Assembly: GCA_030596465.1 (NCBI GenBank)
Contig: JAUVJW010000002.1
Span: forward strand, 1-39,949
Direction of reading: 5' to 3'
Length of the DNA stretch: 39,949 bases
Source of the DNA: Candidatus Fermentibacteraceae bacterium
GTDB lineage: Bacteria > Fermentibacterota > Fermentibacteria > Fermentibacterales > JCC-6
Of the stretch, positions 27,507-35,252 are shown piece after piece; position 1 is the stretch's first letter; each line of letters opens with the position of its first letter. The translations under genes were made by a program, and so were the position numbers. The notes beneath the pieces were generated by a model. It saw nothing but the letters and a program-made list of their open reading frames with translations, did no database searches and had not been told where the DNA came from.

Positions 27507-30500
27507 ATTCTATTCGAACGGTGTTAAGGTATTTTTCGAGTTCATCAATCCCCAAAAGAATTTCAGAGCCATCCCGAGATTTTGCCGCAATCTCCATGAC
27601 AGCCCCCAGGTGTGTTATTTTATCAAACCCGTAACCACCCCCGGAACCCTTCATGCTGTGTGCAAGTCTCTGGGCCTCTGAATAGTCATCATCCTGAACA
27701 AGTTGTCTGATTACAGCAACATCTGTTCGTCTGTTTTCTAAATACCCCGGGATCAGAGACTCAAGATCCATTGGAACAAGAGCAGTAGGACCATGAACAT
27801 TTTCAGCAGACTCAAGCATCTCAACTGAAGTTCCCTTTCTGTCAGTTGACAATTCCGGTATACCTTCACGAGGGCCCATAATTTTCAACAAATCATCAAG
27901 TTTTTCCAACAGACTCTTTTTTCTCACAGGCTTTGAAATATGGATATCACAACCGGCATCAATGCACTTCTGCACCTCTTCTTGAAGCGCATGGGCGGTA
28001 AGAGCCGCAATAGGTATATGTTCGCTCATGGAAATTGATTCGTGGGCTCTTATGGATCTTGTTGCCTCATATCCGTCTATAACAGGCATCTGCATATCCA
28101 TCAGTATGAGATCAAACTTACTCTTCAAGTAGCAATCAAGAGCTTCCTGTCCGTTAACTGCCACGGTGATCTCCCAGGGAAAAGCCTCTGTGTATTTCAT
28201 AATAAGGAATCTGTTATCCGGTGAATCTTCTGCCAGTAGAACCGAAAGTTTCCTTTTCTCTATATCATACCCGGCTTTTATATGTAATATATCTGATTCT
28301 TCAGCCGTAACTGTGCCGTCAAGAACATTCATTATACGCTTTTTGAGATCATCTCTTCGCACCGGTTTGAATATGAAATGGTCAATGCCTGACAATCTGC
28401 ATTTGTCGATATGAGCATTGCTGCTTTCGCGGGTGAGCATCATTATTACATTGCTGATTATGATCTTATCCCTCTTCATGGAATCAACGATCTCAAACCC
28501 ATTCTTATCAGGCAAAATGTGGTCAAGAAAAATTACATCGTATTCTGTATCCCTTACCATTCCAGGCACAGGAATGCCACAATCAGCCAGATCAACAGAA
28601 GCGCCAAGGTTCTCAAGAATCTCCCTGAGTATTATCCTGTTATTCCTGTTATTATCCGCAACAAGAATACGCTTACCTGAGAGGTTCACGGGCTGAACCG
28701 GGAGGTGATCAAATGAATCAATTTCAGGCAGATCGCAGAAAAACGCAAATGAACTTCCCGAACCAACTTTACTGGTAACAGATATCTCCCCACCCATGAG
28801 ATCAACAAGTCTGGTACAGATGGCAAGCCCAAGCCCGGTACCTCCGTATCTTCTGGTGTGTGATGAATCCGCCTGTGTAAAACTCATAAATATTGCTTCT
28901 ACCTTGCCCTCTGGAATGCCAATTCCTGTATCGGTAACTGAAAAATTTATTCTGTCCTTGTCGAAAGGTTTAACTGCTACAGCAATTTCTCCTTCGGAAG
29001 TAAATTTAATTGCATTGCCAACAAGGTTAATAAGCACCTGCTTTAACCTGGAAGGATCACCCAATACCCATCCGGGTGTCTCCGGGTGGATTCGGCAATT
29101 CAGTTCAAGCCCCTTTTCATGGGCTCTCAGTGCAAGAGTTTCACAGGTATTTTCAATCTCCTCATAAAGATCAAATGGGATTTTTTCAAGCTCAATCTTT
29201 CCAGCCTCAACTTTGGATATATCAAGAATATCATTTATCAGATCAAGAAGGTTATCACTTGCGTTTTTACTTACTCTTAAATAACTCTTCTGTACGGATG
29301 TCAGGTCTGTTTCCAGCATTAAATCTGTAGTGCCGATAATAGCATTCAAAGGTGTTCTTATCTCATGACTCATATTTGCCAGAAACTCTGACTTTGTTCT
29401 GGTAGCGTTCAGGGCACCCTCACGAGCCTCGATCAGTTCCAGTTCAATTCTCTTTCTTTCAGAAATATCTCTTAATATTCCAGTTGCCTGCCATCCGCCG
29501 TTCAGAAAGAAAGACGAAACAGAAAGTTCAACAGGGAACATCGTTCCATTCTTGCGTCTTCCTTCCATTTCAACCACACGCCCAACCATCATGCCTTCAC
29601 CGGTTTTTCTGAACTTGTTGAATCCCATTTCAATCATTTCCCAGTATAGTTCAGGTGCAATAAGCTTGTGAAGCATCTTTCCAATGGTTTCTGATCTACG
29701 GTATCCGAACATCATTTCTGCCGAGGAATTAAAAAAGGTAACACGGCTATCGGAATCAATGATGATCACGGCATCCTGGGCTGATTCTGTAATTGCCTTG
29801 AATTTAATCTCATTCTCTCCGAGTAATTTCAGAATTGAATCTCGATCAGAGAGATCTGTGTAGACTCCCACTGCTCCCTGATTTTCTCCGTCAATAACTA
29901 TTGGAGCAACCGATACAAAAACACTTTTTTCCTGTTTGCTTTTCCCCCGCCTTGTGCATTCAAGCCCTCGAATTACATGCCCGTCTACTATGGCCTTCGA
30001 GGATATCTCATTCTTCCCTGTTTCCGTGCCAACCAGGTTATCAAGCAGCTGTCCCATGGCTTCATCCACTGTCCAGCCAAACAATTCAACGGCTTCTCTG
30101 TTCCAGCTGGTAACCCTGCCCAGTGCGTCAATTGTAACCACCGCGTCGGGCACGCTTTCAACTACTTCACGGAAATACAGACTCTGCTTGTGTATCTCCT
30201 TCGCCAGTCTTTGTTCTTCACTGATATCAGAAATAATCCCCTCGTAGTATCGAGGATTTCCCTGGCGGTCAAATACGACATGCATTGAACCACGGGCAGT
30301 AAATACCCCTTCATTCTTTCTCTTCAAATCAATTACAAAATCTCTCACCCGTCCATTTTTTCGCAGAGCGAGCATTAACTGATCCCCCTGGGCTTCAGTG
30401 ACATAATAATTAGTCAGGGATGTACCAATAACTTCTTCACGCGTAAAACCACTGAACTCAAATATTGAAGGTGTTACATTAATAACTACTCCGGTCATGG

Positions 30501-30870
30501 AAATCTTACAGTAAAGATCATCCATCTCGTTGAAAATCCTGCGGAGTTCACCACTATCTGAATCTCCGGCAACACTGTTGATGTTAAATGAAACAATTTT
30601 ACAGGTAATACCTTTTATATCCGCGAGCTGAGTTTGTACTTCTGTGCCCGATTTCAACAGTTCCTTGAGCACACTCTCAACGGTATCTCCTAAAATATCT
30701 GATGATTCCCTGTTTAAAGCATTGCAAAGCAATTCGTTAACCTTGATAATCCTGTCATTCTCGCCTGACGCTATTAATGCGCATATACCACCACCACTGA
30801 GAATCTGCAAAAGCGATTCATGTACAGAACTCTCCAGTACTGAATTGTTCTCTGGTTCTGATATGGACAT
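27490..30870 (-). CDS. cytoplasmic hybrid sensor kinase: multiple PAS - HisKA - HATPase - REC - REC - Hpt
   Basis: 1126-aa ORF with no TM segment seen. There are several PAS-like repeats (for example VTFFNSSAEMMFGYRRSE). H-box FLANMSHEIRTPLNAIIG, G2 GGTGLGLAI. Two REC domains (VIFLDHILPD and LILMDMQMPVIDG). C-terminal Hpt AHSMKGSGGGYGF. Confidence 0.85.
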   Translation of the reverse strand: MSISEPENNSVLESSVHESLLQILSGGGICALIASGENDRIIKVNELLCNALNRESSDILGDTVESVLKELLKSGTEVQTQLADIKGITCKIVSFNINSVAGDSDSGELRRIFNEMDDLYCKISMTGVVINVTPSIFEFSGFTREEVIGTSLTNYYVTEAQGDQLMLALRKNGRVRDFVIDLKRKNEGVFTARGSMHVVFDRQGNPRYYEGIISDISEEQRLAKEIHKQSLYFREVVESVPDAVVTIDALGRVTSWNREAVELFGWTVDEAMGQLLDNLVGTETGKNEISSKAIVDGHVIRGLECTRRGKSKQEKSVFVSVAPIVIDGENQGAVGVYTDLSDRDSILKLLGENEIKFKAITESAQDAVIIIDSDSRVTFFNSSAEMMFGYRRSETIGKMLHKLIAPELYWEMIEMGFNKFRKTGEGMMVGRVVEMEGRRKNGTMFPVELSVSSFFLNGGWQATGILRDISERKRIELELIEAREGALNATRTKSEFLANMSHEIRTPLNAIIGTTDLMLETDLTSVQKSYLRVSKNASDNLLDLINDILDISKVEAGKIELEKIPFDLYEEIENTCETLALRAHEKGLELNCRIHPETPGWVLGDPSRLKQVLINLVGNAIKFTSEGEIAVAVKPFDKDRINFSVTDTGIGIPEGKVEAIFMSFTQADSSHTRRYGGTGLGLAICTRLVDLMGGEISVTSKVGSGSSFAFFCDLPEIDSFDHLPVQPVNLSGKRILVADNNRNNRIILREILENLGASVDLADCGIPVPGMVRDTEYDVIFLDHILPDKNGFEIVDSMKRDKIIISNVIMMLTRESSNAHIDKCRLSGIDHFIFKPVRRDDLKKRIMNVLDGTVTAEESDILHIKAGYDIEKRKLSVLLAEDSPDNRFLIMKYTEAFPWEITVAVNGQEALDCYLKSKFDLILMDMQMPVIDGYEATRSIRAHESISMSEHIPIAALTAHALQEEVQKCIDAGCDIHISKPVRKKSLLEKLDDLLKIMGPREGIPELSTDRKGTSVEMLESAENVHGPTALVPMDLESLIPGYLENRRTDVAVIRQLVQDDDYSEAQRLAHSMKGSGGGYGFDKITHLGAVMEIAAKSRDGSEILLGIDELEKYLNTVRIEYVDEE

Positions 30871-30873
30871 TAT

Positions 30874-31437
30874 CTATCCTTTTCCGTCTGTATATCCGAT
30901 AGCCTCCTTGACCATTTTCGAAAGAGAGTCTGCACTGAACGGTTTTCGTAAAAAACCTTGAAGTTCAAGGCCGCCAAACCGTCTGCGGATCTCCTCTTCT
31001 CCGTATCCGGTCGTCAGTATAATCCCAAGTTCAGGAGAAGATCGTCTCAGTTGCCTGAATGTCTGCATACCATCAAGTCTCGGCATAACAAGATCAAGAA
31101 TAACACATTTTATGAGATCCCTGTTCTGCTCATAAACCCCGAGGGCCTCGATGCCATCGCAAGCTGTAAGCACCTCGTACCCTTCTCGTTCAAGTATTTG
31201 CTTCCCTATTCTTCGTATAATTTCCTCATCATCTACAAACAACACCGCGGAACCACTACTGGATTGATTCTTTTCCGGGGATAAAACATTAATAACATGT
31301 CGAACCTCCTTCAGCGCCTCAGTAAGCTCGGTACGCATTACTCCCTTGGTCTGAGTAGCTACGAATGCGATTCTTCTTTCCGCTCTTTTCAGTTTCTCCA
31401 GCAAGACTTCCGTGACCAAAAATCCTCCTTCCTGCAA
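30874..31437 (-). CDS. response regulator, REC domain with ~60-aa helical N-terminal extension, no output domain
   Basis: 187-aa ORF. REC motifs VLFVDDEEIIR...VILDLVMPRLDG...ILTTGYG...FLRKPF. The start is uncertain: the track uses TTG at 31437, but GGAAGGAGGA lies inside the ORF just before a TTG at 31419. Confidence 0.75.
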   Translation of the reverse strand: MQEGGFLVTEVLLEKLKRAERRIAFVATQTKGVMRTELTEALKEVRHVINVLSPEKNQSSSGSAVLFVDDEEIIRRIGKQILEREGYEVLTACDGIEALGVYEQNRDLIKCVILDLVMPRLDGMQTFRQLRRSSPELGIILTTGYGEEEIRRRFGGLELQGFLRKPFSADSLSKMVKEAIGYTDGKG

Positions 31438-31454
31438 TCACAACACCACAACTA

Positions 31455-31483
31455 ATTATTAAATGTTACGGGAAATAGTGCAA
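31455..31483 (-). promoter_or_regulatory. candidate sigma-70-type promoter TTGCAC-N17-AATAAT for the RR/hybrid-kinase/ATPase genes
   Basis: Read on the reverse strand in the 50-nt gap after the MBL gene. The spacing was counted by hand. No other support. Confidence 0.3.
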
Positions 31484-31487
31484 GGGG

Positions 31488-32111
31488 TCACGAAAACTTG
31501 AGGAATGGATTATTCCTCTTTTCTTCTTTCATGGTTGATGATGGTCCGTGTCCTGGAAGAACAACAATTTTATCATCGAAATGTGTTACAATCTTTTCAA
31601 GAGTTGTTCTCATTTCCTCAGGAGAACTCTGTGGCAGATCGGTTCTGCCAATGGATCCGGCAAAAAGCGTATCGCCGGAGAACAACAGACCATGCCCTTC
31701 CAGACATATAGAACCTCTTGAGTGGCCCGGGGTGTGTCTTACATAAAAAGTAAGCATCCCTGCATTTATCCGGTCTCCGTCTTCAAGCAATCTATCCGGT
31801 GGTGGGGGCTGCTGAATTCTGAAACCCCACTGCTCGGAATAAACTGCCGCAGAGGCCATAATCTCCACATCCGCTGAATGTATCATGGTTTGAGGAGCAA
31901 ACCGCCGTATCAGCCCGGCTGCCCCTCCAACATGATCAAAGTGACCATGTGTATAAACAATGATATCTACTCTGGAGAGCCCCTCTTTTATTACAGTGTA
32001 ATCATCACCCGGGTCTATGATAAGCACCGCACCGGTTTCCGGGCATTTCACTATGTAGCAGTTTGTCTGAACCCCGCCTACTACTATTGTTTTCACAATT
32101 GGCTTAATCAC
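31488..32111 (-). CDS. MBL-fold metallo-hydrolase (glyoxalase II-like)
   Basis: 207-aa ORF with HxHxDH motif THGHFDHVGG plus downstream HTPGHS and D/H residues. It overlaps the upstream TPR gene by 8 nt. Confidence 0.85.
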   Translation of the reverse strand: MIKPIVKTIVVGGVQTNCYIVKCPETGAVLIIDPGDDYTVIKEGLSRVDIIVYTHGHFDHVGGAAGLIRRFAPQTMIHSADVEIMASAAVYSEQWGFRIQQPPPPDRLLEDGDRINAGMLTFYVRHTPGHSRGSICLEGHGLLFSGDTLFAGSIGRTDLPQSSPEEMRTTLEKIVTHFDDKIVVLPGHGPSSTMKEEKRNNPFLKFS

Positions 32112-33105
32112 AAACAGCCTCCAGTTCCTGAATTCTTATTCTGATATCGGATGTACCGGCAGTGTCCTGGAGACTTCCCACAAACAATTGATAATTTTCC
32201 AGTGCCCCGGGAAGATCGCCGTACCTGTAAAAACATTCAGCAAGTCCCAGTCTGCTCAGTGGATCACCCGGATTGTTCTCCAGAAGTGATTCAAGTATTA
32301 AAACAGCTTCTTCCTGCCTGCCCTGGGATGAATAAGAAAGGGCAAGGATATTCAAAGCGTCCGGATCGGAAGGTGCTGACGCCAGAACTGACAAAATCTG
32401 TTCCTCGGCTTCAGGGTGTCTGCCGAGAATTCCCAATGTTCTGGCTATCTCAATTTGTGACTGCAGGAAACCGGGATCTATTGCCGTCGCGTCCTGGAAA
32501 AACAGTAGAGCTTCTTCAGGATTTCCGGCCATAAGTGTAATTCTACCACAGTTGTACAGAATGGAGGCATTCCGGGGTTCCCGCCTTAAAGCAGTGTTGA
32601 AACACATGCCTGCGTCCTCATAGCGACCGCTCTCCAGCAAAGCCATTCCGTAGTTATTGAAAGCCAGTCCGTCATCAGGACAAAGCTGAACGGACAAATG
32701 ACCTGTATGAAGAGCCTCAGATAGTCTGCCGGCACCGAGAAGTGCCCCGGTAACATCTGTGAGTACATCAACCCTTGTGGAATCCAGTGCTATAACCTTC
32801 CGGTAAGCGATGACCGCCTCGTCGTACAACCCCAGATCAAGATTTACCGTTCCAAGATTTCTCCAGACATTTGGGTTATCGGGATCCTGAACGGCAACTC
32901 TGATAAGCAACTCCCGGCAGGATACAAGATCACCGTCGCTATACGCTTCCCCTGCAGCAGAAAAGAGAACTGAAGGATCCGGAGTAGCTTCCTGGTTATC
33001 ACCGCAGGAGAAAAGAACAATGCACAACAGAAGAGTCAGGAGTATATTGATAGCTGGATTATATAACTTCGGGAGGTTTTTCTTGTTTACAGTCCTTATT
33101 TTCAT
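32104..33105 (-). CDS. TPR-repeat lipoprotein
   Basis: 333-aa ORF. Signal peptide with lipobox LFSC. Repeated 34-aa TPR-like units (for example AYRKVIALDS, CFNTALRREPRNA, FFQDATAIDPGF). Confidence 0.8.
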   Translation of the reverse strand: MKIRTVNKKNLPKLYNPAINILLTLLLCIVLFSCGDNQEATPDPSVLFSAAGEAYSDGDLVSCRELLIRVAVQDPDNPNVWRNLGTVNLDLGLYDEAVIAYRKVIALDSTRVDVLTDVTGALLGAGRLSEALHTGHLSVQLCPDDGLAFNNYGMALLESGRYEDAGMCFNTALRREPRNASILYNCGRITLMAGNPEEALLFFQDATAIDPGFLQSQIEIARTLGILGRHPEAEEQILSVLASAPSDPDALNILALSYSSQGRQEEAVLILESLLENNPGDPLSRLGLAECFYRYGDLPGALENYQLFVGSLQDTAGTSDIRIRIQELEAVCD

Positions 33106-34213
33106 TCTTTCCTATCCCGTGGATAATTACACGGCAGATCCATACATAATATTTGAACAGTCGGATTCCGCGCTTTCAAGTATCAACACCATTGAATACA
33201 GTTTCACTTTCAGCGGTACAGGAACACTGTCAAACATAATACCTGCACTGGAGGGAATGACATCTCTCGGCTTTCTTCCTGAAACAGATCATCCCCTGAT
33301 GTATCACTCTCTGGAAAGTATGATCAAAGAAGGAGCTATACGGAATATTACAGTACCTTCATCTTTTGTTGCTTCTGTTGATAGCGTTTACTTCGTTGAC
33401 CACGATAAATCCCTTGTATACACTGCTGAATACAACAATACTGCTCATGATATGTTTGATTTTCCACCTGCTTCTGTAATGATGGAGTATGTTGTTTCCA
33501 GCCCTTTTATGGATGAAATACTCGCTGACTCAATTGCTGTACTTTTCCCGGTTGAATTAAACGGTGTTCCCTGCCATGTTTTTCATGTTTTTTATGATGA
33601 TAACGAAAGAACCGAAGCTGTCTGGTTCCTGAGTATGAATGATCTGCTTCCAAGAGCTGTTGAAAGAATAAGCTATTATGGCCCGACATCCGCACCCGGA
33701 GGACAGCTTCTTGAAATCAGTAACCTGAACTTTAACTGCCCGGTGCCATCATCTGCCCTTTTACCGGATAATTACACAGCAGTTCCCTGGCTTTCCCTGC
33801 TGGAACCATCTACGCAGGCACCTTCATTCTTCCTCGCAGATAAAGATGGTTTTGCGAGAAGATCCTCTGACTTTGGAGACAGAACTCTTCTTCTCTGCTT
33901 TTTTGCATCCTGGGATCCTTCTTCCATATCTGCTCTTGGTCTCTTAAAATCAATGACTGATGAGTATCCCGATTTTGTTCAAGCGGTTGGAATTTCGATT
34001 CTGGAAAACACTGATCCGTGGTTCAGGTTGAACTCTCTTGGTATTAATTTCCCTGTTCTTGTGTTTGGAGAGGATGCTGCTGAGGATTATAATGTACATT
34101 CTGTTCCCGCGATATTTCTTATCTCAGGAAACAGAGAAGTCCTCTATTCCTCTCAAACTGTCACGGATGAAACTGTATCGGAAATCAGAAGATTGATTGA
34201 GGAAAACATATAA
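33020..34213 (+). CDS. exported two-domain protein: unassigned ~250-aa N-domain + TlpA/ResA-like thioredoxin fold lacking CXXC
   Basis: 397-aa ORF. The C-terminal RTLLLCFFASWDPSSISAL aligns by eye to the FWASWCPPC region of TlpA-type proteins, with both Cys replaced (WDPS). The N-terminal signal-anchor is MHNRRVRSILIAGLYNFGRFFLFTVLIFIL. The first 86 nt overlap the divergent TPR gene, so the start is uncertain. Confidence 0.6.
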   Translation: MHNRRVRSILIAGLYNFGRFFLFTVLIFILSYPVDNYTADPYIIFEQSDSALSSINTIEYSFTFSGTGTLSNIIPALEGMTSLGFLPETDHPLMYHSLESMIKEGAIRNITVPSSFVASVDSVYFVDHDKSLVYTAEYNNTAHDMFDFPPASVMMEYVVSSPFMDEILADSIAVLFPVELNGVPCHVFHVFYDDNERTEAVWFLSMNDLLPRAVERISYYGPTSAPGGQLLEISNLNFNCPVPSSALLPDNYTAVPWLSLLEPSTQAPSFFLADKDGFARRSSDFGDRTLLLCFFASWDPSSISALGLLKSMTDEYPDFVQAVGISILENTDPWFRLNSLGINFPVLVFGEDAAEDYNVHSVPAIFLISGNREVLYSSQTVTDETVSEIRRLIEENI

Positions 34214-34220
34214 TCGAAGA

Positions 34221-34240
34221 AGGGAGCCCGAAGACTCCCT
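34221..34240. terminator. hairpin AGGGAG-N8-CTCCCT between convergent genes, candidate bidirectional terminator
   Basis: Read directly. It has a 6-bp GC-rich stem and an 8-nt loop, and sits between the thioredoxin-fold CDS stop (34213) and the tRNA 3' end (34252). T-rich tracts on both sides are only weak. Confidence 0.4.
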
Positions 34241-34251
34241 GCCTTTATAGA

Positions 34252-34338
34252 TGGTACCGGAGGCGGGACTTGAACCCGCACAGGCTATTGCCCACTAGGT
34301 CCTTAACCTAGCGTGTCTGCCAATTCCACCACCCCGGC
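34252..34338 (-). tRNA. tRNA-Leu (type II, long variable arm), anticodon reads AAG; CCA encoded
   Basis: The reverse complement is GCCGGGGTGGTGGAATTGGCAGACACGCTAGGTTAAGGACCTAGTGGGCAATAGCCTGTGCGGGTTCAAGTCCCGCCTCCGGTACCA. It has a 7-bp acceptor stem, a T-arm GCGGG-TTCAAGT-CCCGC, and an anticodon stem CTAGG/CCTAG with loop TTAAGGA. It resembles my recollection of E. coli leuU, which also follows secG. Confidence 0.85.
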
Positions 34339-34349
34339 ACTGATCATCT

Positions 34350-34574
34350 CTAAAATATTGCCAGTAAAAATGAGACCAGCATAAAAAGCACAGCAAGAAC
34401 AGTGGTAGCTTTGCTGAGAAGGCTGGCAGCACCCCTGTTACCAAAAGAAGCTGTGAGCGCTCCACCGCCTCCGAAGGCTCCTGACAGGCCATCGCCTTTG
34501 GACTTCTGAAGCAGAACAACCGCGACAAGCAGAACACAGATAACTGAATGTAAAAACGTAAGAACTGTAATCAT
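34350..34574 (-). CDS. secG: preprotein translocase subunit SecG
   Basis: 74-aa ORF with two TM helices separated by the Gly-rich loop LLQKSKGDGLSGAFGGGG typical of SecG. The tRNA-Leu lies 11 nt downstream, as in the E. coli secG-leuU arrangement. Confidence 0.85.
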   Translation of the reverse strand: MITVLTFLHSVICVLLVAVVLLQKSKGDGLSGAFGGGGALTASFGNRGAASLLSKATTVLAVLFMLVSFLLAIF

Positions 34575-34602
34575 TTAAGTCTCTCTTTCATTTCGAAGAC
34601 GA

Positions 34603-34631
34603 TATATACAACAAGCGGAACAATCTGGCAA
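34603..34631 (-). promoter_or_regulatory. candidate sigma-70-type promoter TTGCCA-N17-TATATA for secG-tRNA-Leu
   Basis: Read on the reverse strand in the 70-nt gap upstream of secG. The -10 element lies about 29 nt before the ATG. Confidence 0.35.
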
Positions 34632-34644
34632 GGCTTCTTCCAAG

Positions 34645-35187
34645 TTATTTATTATCCATAAGATAGAGTACATCTTCAAGACGCAACTTACTCCCCGGAC
34701 ACTCTGTAGATGATCCTTTAACCAGCCTGTGCAAGGTAACAGAGTCCCGGCTTATTGAATACTCCCCTTTAAGCTTCACAAGAAGAAATCCGAGCGAATC
34801 GATCTGGGCGGGAGTAGGGAGATAATTATTAAAGTTGCCCACAAGACAGATACCTATTGAATCTTCGTTACCGCCTTTTGCGTGCGCGCCCGTGAACGGC
34901 AGCTTTCTGCCTTCCTCAATCTCACCGTCACCACTGAGTGAGCCATTACCTATCACGAAATGATATCCGATATCATTCCAGCCGTTAACAACACGATGGA
35001 GAACCCTGAAAACCGCGGCATTCCCGGTTTCCGTGGCAGAGTGGTGAATCACAATTCTGTTGATGTCTTTCATTTTTTTAGAACCGGGATCCTTCAGCGG
35101 CAGTGCTTTCCCGGCGGCTTCTTCTTCGGAGATTTCAAGATTTCCTCTATGAAAACCCATTTGTTGTAGCCAGTGGAGATATTTCAC
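34645..35187 (-). CDS. N-acetylmuramoyl-L-alanine amidase, amidase_2 (AmpD/PGRP) family, no signal peptide
   Basis: 180-aa ORF with motifs IVIHHSAT, GYHFVIGNG, HAKGGNEDSIGICLVGNF and HRLV...ECPG (Zn ligand pattern). Confidence 0.8.
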   Translation of the reverse strand: MKYLHWLQQMGFHRGNLEISEEEAAGKALPLKDPGSKKMKDINRIVIHHSATETGNAAVFRVLHRVVNGWNDIGYHFVIGNGSLSGDGEIEEGRKLPFTGAHAKGGNEDSIGICLVGNFNNYLPTPAQIDSLGFLLVKLKGEYSISRDSVTLHRLVKGSSTECPGSKLRLEDVLYLMDNK

Positions 35188-35252
35188 TTATATTCAACTC
35201 CGTTCGCCGCAATTTATTGTTTTGACCTGTGTTCTTTTATGGAGGTAATATT

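Noticed and set aside
35188-35252. TTGACC-N18-TAATAT in the divergent gap between the amidase and NYN genes.
   Set aside because: The putative -10 element abuts the ATG, and the GGAGG ribosome-binding site falls inside the spacer. It cannot serve as a promoter for an SD-led NYN transcript, and I saw no alternative.
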